From a virus: DNA of 64,000 nucleotides. A program made the position numbers and the translations under genes. This document shows positions 59,062 to 64,000 of this stretch, in pieces; the stretch's first letter is position 1, and each line of letters opens with the position of its first letter. The notes beneath the pieces were generated by a model. That model was not told the DNA's origin, searched no databases, and worked only from the letters and a program-made list of their open reading frames with translations. The stretch lies in IMG/VR virus record IMGVR_UViG_3300009104_000009, positions 1 to 64,000 of that record; one strand, written 5' to 3'.

Positions 59062-59601
59062 ATGGATTTATTAAAACATACATACAGCAATCTATCCCCT
59101 TATAAAAATCACGAGCAAAAATTATATAAGAAGGGCGACAACTGGTATAAAGAAGTCCGTGAAGGATATTTCGATGATTTTGATATTGAAGCCTTACGTA
59201 CATATATCGAAGTATATGATTTTATAGACCCTCCAATAACATTGGAATTGGAAGACGGTGTTTTTAAATATGAATGTAGAGACTTATCTAAGACACATAA
59301 ACAACTCATAGATATCCCATATAATCGTCAAATCAAAATTCTCGGTAAATTGTTATCAGAGGTAATGCATTCTTTTTTAGAGTTCTCTGAAGCAAGAGGG
59401 AAAGTAGATATTCCAACGCCCAGTAATCCAACAGGAAAAAAAATTTTTTGTCACAGAGACTTAGCTTTTCATAATATCTATGTCGCTGGTGATGATATTA
59501 AACTAATAGATATTGATTCGTTTATGTGGACTAACAGAGGCGATTTCAAATCCTACTATCAATATACTCTTTTAAGATTGGCACAGCATTTTGATCACTA
59601 A
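59062..59601 (+). CDS. Protein kinase/APH-like phosphotransferase
   Basis: CHRDLAFHNI...IKLIDID. Confidence 0.7.
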   Translation: MDLLKHTYSNLSPYKNHEQKLYKKGDNWYKEVREGYFDDFDIEALRTYIEVYDFIDPPITLELEDGVFKYECRDLSKTHKQLIDIPYNRQIKILGKLLSEVMHSFLEFSEARGKVDIPTPSNPTGKKIFCHRDLAFHNIYVAGDDIKLIDIDSFMWTNRGDFKSYYQYTLLRLAQHFDH

Positions 59602-60721
59602 ACCTTGCCTAGCACCTTTTAACTCAATTTTTCATAATTATGATGGTGCTACTTCTGTATGCTGTCACAGACCTGTTGAGATCACAGGTAAGACCCTACA
59701 CGAGAGCATGCACGATGAGAAACTACAAGCAATAAGAAGAAGTTTCGCTAAAGGAGAGACACCTCCAGAGTGTCGGTTATGTCCTAAGCAGATGAGAGAG
59801 TATCATACTGAGAATATCTCTAAGAATATTAAAAGTATTTCATTAGAAAATAAGTTCACTCCAGTAGCTGTAGATTTCTTCTGGTCTAATAAGTGTAATT
59901 TCGCATGCTTAGGGTGTGATAGTTATAAGAGCTCAACAATTGATAAGAATTTTAGAGAGATATATGAGATAATAGATCATCAGAGGCCTGTTCCTAATAT
60001 AGGATATGATAAGCAAGAGAGATTTGATTATATACTAGAAAATTCCGACAGTATTAGAATAATGCATTTATCGAGTTCCGGAGAACCATGGATTGAAGAT
60101 AATATCTATGAGTTATTAGAGCTCTTAGTAGAGCATAAGTTATTTAACATTGAAATAGCGACCCATACTAATGGAAGTATATTGAATTATAAGAATAAGA
60201 GTATGATTGATATATTAGATAATTGGAATGGTAACGCAACTGTTATAATGAGTAATGACGGTACAGGAAAAAGAGGAGAGTATGTCAGATATGGTTATAA
60301 AGATAAAATGTGGTTAAGGACGTATAATAAACTAAAAGAATCTAGCATTAACGTATATGTTCACTACTGTATGAACTTATTCAATATAATGTATCTCAGA
60401 GAAGATGCAGAATGGTTTAAAGAGAATTGTGATGATACTGATATACTCTTAAGATATTGGGAATGGCCTTCTTTATTAACGTCTAAGTTTTTAAAATATT
60501 GGGGTGATTTGTATGACGAATCAATTGATTCATTCAATAGCGCGAAATCCTATTATAAGGATTCGGAGTATGCTGAAGATTACCTAAATACTATAGGGAG
60601 AGGAAATAATTTTAAAGATGATGTTTCGCGATTTAGTTCATTTATACAGAAGATAGATGAAAAAAGAAATACTGATTTTGTAAAAACTTTTCCAAAGTTG
60701 AATGAGATTGTTTTATGGTAG
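59591..60721 (+). CDS. Twitch/SPASM-domain radical SAM protein
   Basis: CLAPF...VCC...ECRLC; NKCNFACLGC; GEP; TNGS. Confidence 0.82.
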   Translation: MITKPCLAPFNSIFHNYDGATSVCCHRPVEITGKTLHESMHDEKLQAIRRSFAKGETPPECRLCPKQMREYHTENISKNIKSISLENKFTPVAVDFFWSNKCNFACLGCDSYKSSTIDKNFREIYEIIDHQRPVPNIGYDKQERFDYILENSDSIRIMHLSSSGEPWIEDNIYELLELLVEHKLFNIEIATHTNGSILNYKNKSMIDILDNWNGNATVIMSNDGTGKRGEYVRYGYKDKMWLRTYNKLKESSINVYVHYCMNLFNIMYLREDAEWFKENCDDTDILLRYWEWPSLLTSKFLKYWGDLYDESIDSFNSAKSYYKDSEYAEDYLNTIGRGNNFKDDVSRFSSFIQKIDEKRNTDFVKTFPKLNEIVLW

Positions 60722-61395
60722 ATAATTTAAAAGAGATTATTCACAAATCTCAAATATGTCAAAGAAATTGGGATTTGAGTGAAGAGATCCCTCAAGAGCA
60801 TGTTGATTTAATTGTAGAAGCAGTTACACAAAGCCCCACCCGTCAAAATATCCCGTTCTATAATGTAGATGTTGTTACAGACAGATCTTTAATCAACAGT
60901 ATCCATAATAATTCTGCTTTTTTTAAAATTAAACCAGGTATGGAGTTATCAGAATATTCTCACGCTGTCGTTAGGGGTTCAGATGTAGAGAAGGATGAAG
61001 ATGGTGTTATCACAAAAACTAATCCTCAAGTGCTAGCTCCCTTATTACTTGTTTTTAGTGCTAATGAAGAGACTTATTACGATAATCAGTTACGACATGG
61101 TAAAGACTCTGCGGAACGTGTTAAGTGGGAAAAAGACGTAAGCCTTTCTATAGGCGTAGCATCTGGATTTGCAAAACTAATATCTACACAATTAGGATAT
61201 GTAAGTGGTTTTTGCGCTTGTTATGGTGAAGAAATAGATAAACTAATAGGATCTTCGGTACGGTTATTTCTTGGGATAGGAAAGCCTGATAAAAACAAGA
61301 AATATACAGAGAGTCATATTGAGGAATTTGAATATCCCAGCTTTAAAGATGTAAAGAGATTAAAACCTGTAAAAGTAGAGTGGCATAATGGCTAA
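60715..61395 (+). CDS. Nitroreductase-family protein
   Basis: CQRNWD, QSPTRQN, PQVLAPLLLVF, LGYVSGFCAC, LGIG. Confidence 0.75.
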   Translation: MVDNLKEIIHKSQICQRNWDLSEEIPQEHVDLIVEAVTQSPTRQNIPFYNVDVVTDRSLINSIHNNSAFFKIKPGMELSEYSHAVVRGSDVEKDEDGVITKTNPQVLAPLLLVFSANEETYYDNQLRHGKDSAERVKWEKDVSLSIGVASGFAKLISTQLGYVSGFCACYGEEIDKLIGSSVRLFLGIGKPDKNKKYTESHIEEFEYPSFKDVKRLKPVKVEWHNG

Positions 61396-61621
61396 ATGGA
61401 AAATCAGATATTGTAGTTCTTGAAACTACAAACCGAACGCAGAAAGTCTTTCTGCTGAAATGAAAAAATTAGGTTATGACGTTGAAATTGAACAAGGAGA
61501 TACTGGACAATTTGAGCTATTTAAATGGTCCACCACATTGTGGATGTCATTTATGAAAGGTGGACATGGAAAGTTCTTTGGAATACAGGAAGTGACGGAG
61601 GCATTAACTAATACGGAGTAA
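61388..61621 (+). CDS. Rdx/SelW-family selenoprotein (77 aa, CxxU; not in ORF track)
   Basis: MAKWKIRYCSS-U(TGA 61421-61423)-NYKPNAESLSAEMKKLGYDVEIEQGDTGQFELF; fills the gap exactly. Confidence 0.88.
61439..61455 (+). promoter_or_regulatory. Putative bacterial SECIS element
   Basis: GCAGAA-AGUCU-UUCUGC, starting 15 nt after UGA. Confidence 0.75.
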
Positions 61622-61623
61622 AT

Positions 61624-62052
61624 ATGGTTTTTGGACTTGGAGATCAAGAAGAACAGAGAACTAAAGAATTATTTGTAAGTAAGAATTTTAAATCACATTC
61701 AGGATTAGACTTAACATGGAAAATAGAGATGGACGCGTTAATGGATTCCGAATGGTTTACGATCAAGAAAATGATCATGGAGATAACACCTCCTTTTAGA
61801 GAAGCAGTCGGTATTCCACGTGGTGGAGTTAAGCTCGGCAATCTTCTCAACGAACACGCAACAGGGAAAAAAGAAGATCCTATTTGTATAGTAGATGATG
61901 TATTAACTACAGGTGAGTCAATGGAAGAATTTTTAACACAATATCAACGTAATCGCGAACCATTTACAGCGATCGGTTGGGTAGTATTTGCGAGAACACA
62001 ATGTCCGTCATGGGTAAACGCGGTATTTCAAATGCCATATTTAGCTGTATAG
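61624..62052 (+). CDS. pyrE: Phosphoribosyltransferase (orotate PRTase-like)
   Basis: FKSHSG, GIPRGG, IVDDVLTTGES. Confidence 0.75.
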   Translation: MVFGLGDQEEQRTKELFVSKNFKSHSGLDLTWKIEMDALMDSEWFTIKKMIMEITPPFREAVGIPRGGVKLGNLLNEHATGKKEDPICIVDDVLTTGESMEEFLTQYQRNREPFTAIGWVVFARTQCPSWVNAVFQMPYLAV

Positions 62053-62420
62053 TATTAATGATTACCAGTTGTACTATGTGGAAGCATATTCAAGATAGTA
62101 GTGATTATTTAGAAACTGGATATATGCCATGTCCAGAAGGCGAGAAGTGCTTAGACTTGACATCAAGAATGGGTGGATTAGAAGGAGATATTTTTAAAAC
62201 ACTACCACCCATAAAAGGTTGGAAACAAATGGGATGCGTGCATTCTAAGCAAATAGATTATGAGATGAAAGAAGAATTTATGTATTGTGAATATTGTAAT
62301 GGAAAACATCAGATGTGGATGATATATGATTATGACTGGGAGGGTAAATACGGAGTTCCAGATTGGTATCCTCATACACCAGATAATACAGAATGCGGCG
62401 ATCCACCATTTATTAAATGA
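61977..62420 (+). CDS. Hypothetical Cys-rich protein, possible lipoprotein (start uncertain)
   Basis: IVLMITSC segment. Confidence 0.4.
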   Translation: MGSICENTMSVMGKRGISNAIFSCIVLMITSCTMWKHIQDSSDYLETGYMPCPEGEKCLDLTSRMGGLEGDIFKTLPPIKGWKQMGCVHSKQIDYEMKEEFMYCEYCNGKHQMWMIYDYDWEGKYGVPDWYPHTPDNTECGDPPFIK

Positions 62421-63112
62421 AAATATATATCGCGGCTCCATTCGGGAACTATATACGAATCAAAAATACTATTAGTGTCAAGGGAACTTTCACGTTAAAG
62501 CGTCGTCGTGGTCTCATTCTTCAAATCTTAAAAACTCTACGATATAGCTTTAAAGACAAGTGTTGGTATAATAGCTTAGGACTTAGAAATCCAGGAATTA
62601 CAAAAGGCATTCACAGAATAAAAAAAGACGACTATATATCTATCGCTGCTGTAGAACCAGGTGATTGGATTGAACTAGATAAACATATTCCTCAACAGGT
62701 TCCAATTGAACTCAATATTTCATGTCCTAACATAACTCACTTCGATGACTACATCAGAGATATACACATATATGCTAAGCGCAATCCGATTGTTAAAATA
62801 TCAGCAGAAACCAACTTCGCGGAAATAGACAGATTAATAGATATGGGCTTCGCTAGATTCCATTGTTGTAACACACTCAAAACAGATAAGGGAGCTCAAA
62901 GCGGTAAGGTATTACAAGAATATGTATTTGAGAAAATCAAGTATATAAAGAACAAAAATCGACATATCGAGTGCATAGCAGGAGGAGGAATAGATTCGAT
63001 AGATGATATGATGTATTACGCTACGTTAGGAGTTCAGGGATTTTCACTAGGATCTGTTTGTTTTAATCCATTTAAATTACGTAAAATTCTCCTTGATTTT
63101 TTCGGAAAATAA
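62417..63112 (+). CDS. pyrD: Dihydroorotate dehydrogenase (class 1-like)
   Basis: NSLGLRNPG, ELNISCPN, NTL...SG, IAGGGI. Confidence 0.82.
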   Translation: MKIYIAAPFGNYIRIKNTISVKGTFTLKRRRGLILQILKTLRYSFKDKCWYNSLGLRNPGITKGIHRIKKDDYISIAAVEPGDWIELDKHIPQQVPIELNISCPNITHFDDYIRDIHIYAKRNPIVKISAETNFAEIDRLIDMGFARFHCCNTLKTDKGAQSGKVLQEYVFEKIKYIKNKNRHIECIAGGGIDSIDDMMYYATLGVQGFSLGSVCFNPFKLRKILLDFFGK

Positions 63113-63121
63113 TCGTATAAT
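63093..63121 (+). promoter_or_regulatory. Sigma70-type promoter
   Basis: TTGATT-N17-TATAAT. Confidence 0.65.
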
Positions 63122-63130
63122 AACTTCATT

Positions 63131-63544
63131 ATGAGATCGAACAAGTGGAATATTAGTTGGCAGGTTGCTCGAGTCAGAGCAAAGAAAATTAAAGACATTC
63201 AGATGAGAGTGGATTTCATGCACGAGTGGTTGCTGATTCACAATTATAGAGTTAATATCGATAGGATAGCAAATTGGTTACGAATGTCTATAATGAGTGC
63301 TAACTATGAATCAAAAGAGATTTATAAAAAAGCTTTTCGCAGGCTCTTAGAAGTGCAGAATCTCGAAGAAGGAGATATGCCGAACGATGTGAAAGCTTAC
63401 GTGCGCGATCCGATAATAGAAGACGTTCTCAAAGATCTAGAACAACGAACATACAGTTTTCAATTTAAAAAACTGCCACCAGGACACTATGAATTTATTA
63501 AAAGGATAAAAGATGTACTCGGCCCAAATCAAACAATCAATTGA
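63131..63544 (+). CDS. Hypothetical protein
   Basis: ORF directly after promoter. Confidence 0.55.
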   Translation: MRSNKWNISWQVARVRAKKIKDIQMRVDFMHEWLLIHNYRVNIDRIANWLRMSIMSANYESKEIYKKAFRRLLEVQNLEEGDMPNDVKAYVRDPIIEDVLKDLEQRTYSFQFKKLPPGHYEFIKRIKDVLGPNQTIN

Positions 63545-63860
63545 AAAACTAGCACAGACAACATCTGATGCATTTGACATAATCATGTATAGGATGCTAG
63601 ACGCACCGGAAAAACCGTCTCAGGATGACTTGATGGCGATGATTATGGGTGCTAAAGAATTACACGAATCGCACTGCATGCGTGTGATGGAGACTATCAA
63701 AGAATGGCCTGGAAAGTCCGCAAGGAATATATTAGCGACTACGCCGGTGAAGGAAGACAAGAAATATACAGACGAAATCGAAGAGGAAATGTTCTCTAAG
63801 CCGCTTAAAAAGATGCCTATAGATAAGGCTGAACAAGCAATCGACTATCAGTCTATATGA
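63513..63860 (+). CDS. Hypothetical protein
   Basis: Packed ORF. Confidence 0.55.
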   Translation: MYSAQIKQSIEKLAQTTSDAFDIIMYRMLDAPEKPSQDDLMAMIMGAKELHESHCMRVMETIKEWPGKSARNILATTPVKEDKKYTDEIEEEMFSKPLKKMPIDKAEQAIDYQSI

Positions 63861-64000
63861 AATTAATTCTATCATTAGAACAACCAAAGCACTTTCTAGT
63901 AGCAGAAAAAATACAAGACTATGTAGATGGATGGAAAATAAATCACATAGGATATAGCATAGCAGATCGCGAACGCTCTCACGACTGGTGGGCTAGATTA
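63857..64000 (+). CDS. pyrF: Probable OMP decarboxylase, N-terminal fragment (3'-partial)
   Basis: ATGA-coupled MKLILSLE...AEKIQDYVDGWKINH resembles PyrF beta1/beta2; near pyrE and pyrD. Confidence 0.5.
   Translation, partial: MKLILSLEQPKHFLVAEKIQDYVDGWKINHIGYSIADRERSHDWWARL

Noticed and set aside
39-62441. Short minus-strand and nested ORFs in the track
   Set aside because: They are shadows of well-supported plus-strand genes, with no motifs or RBS.
1-64000. Genome-wide TGA reassignment (Trp/Gly)
   Set aside because: Many conserved genes end at TGA with ATGA coupling, and Trp is encoded by TGG.
1-64000. tRNA (including tRNA-Sec), CRISPR arrays, introns/inteins, homing endonucleases, DGR
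   Set aside because: Intergenic gaps are short and explained; core genes are uninterrupted; no reverse transcriptase or spaced direct repeats were seen.

Overview
AT-rich segment of a large T4-like (Tevenvirus/Kyanovirus-type) myophage, probably aquatic, with essentially all genes on the + strand. It holds the core morphogenesis block (gp17, gp18, two gp19 paralogs, gp20, gp67-like, gp21, gp22, gp23, gp3), uvsY/uvsW, gp55, gp47/gp46, a tail-fibre/adhesin block, and a long accessory region. The accessory genes include def, queD/queE, asnB-like, bS21, IscU, two IscA-type carriers, CDGSH, HtrA, an AAA ATPase, an amino-sugar/glycan tailoring cluster, SET, SpeD, a kinase, radical SAMs, a nitroreductase and pyrE/pyrD/pyrF. 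The main finding, missed by the ORF track, is two genes with an in-frame TGA that look like phage-encoded selenoproteins. One is an Rdx/SelW-like CxxU protein (61388-61621). The other is a His-rich protein with a T4-type capsid-targeting leader (58370-58867, HN-U-ATHVKH). Each TGA is followed by a SECIS-like hairpin in the same register: 15-nt spacer, 6-bp stem, loop starting AGU. All family assignments come from motif recognition by eye; no searches were run.
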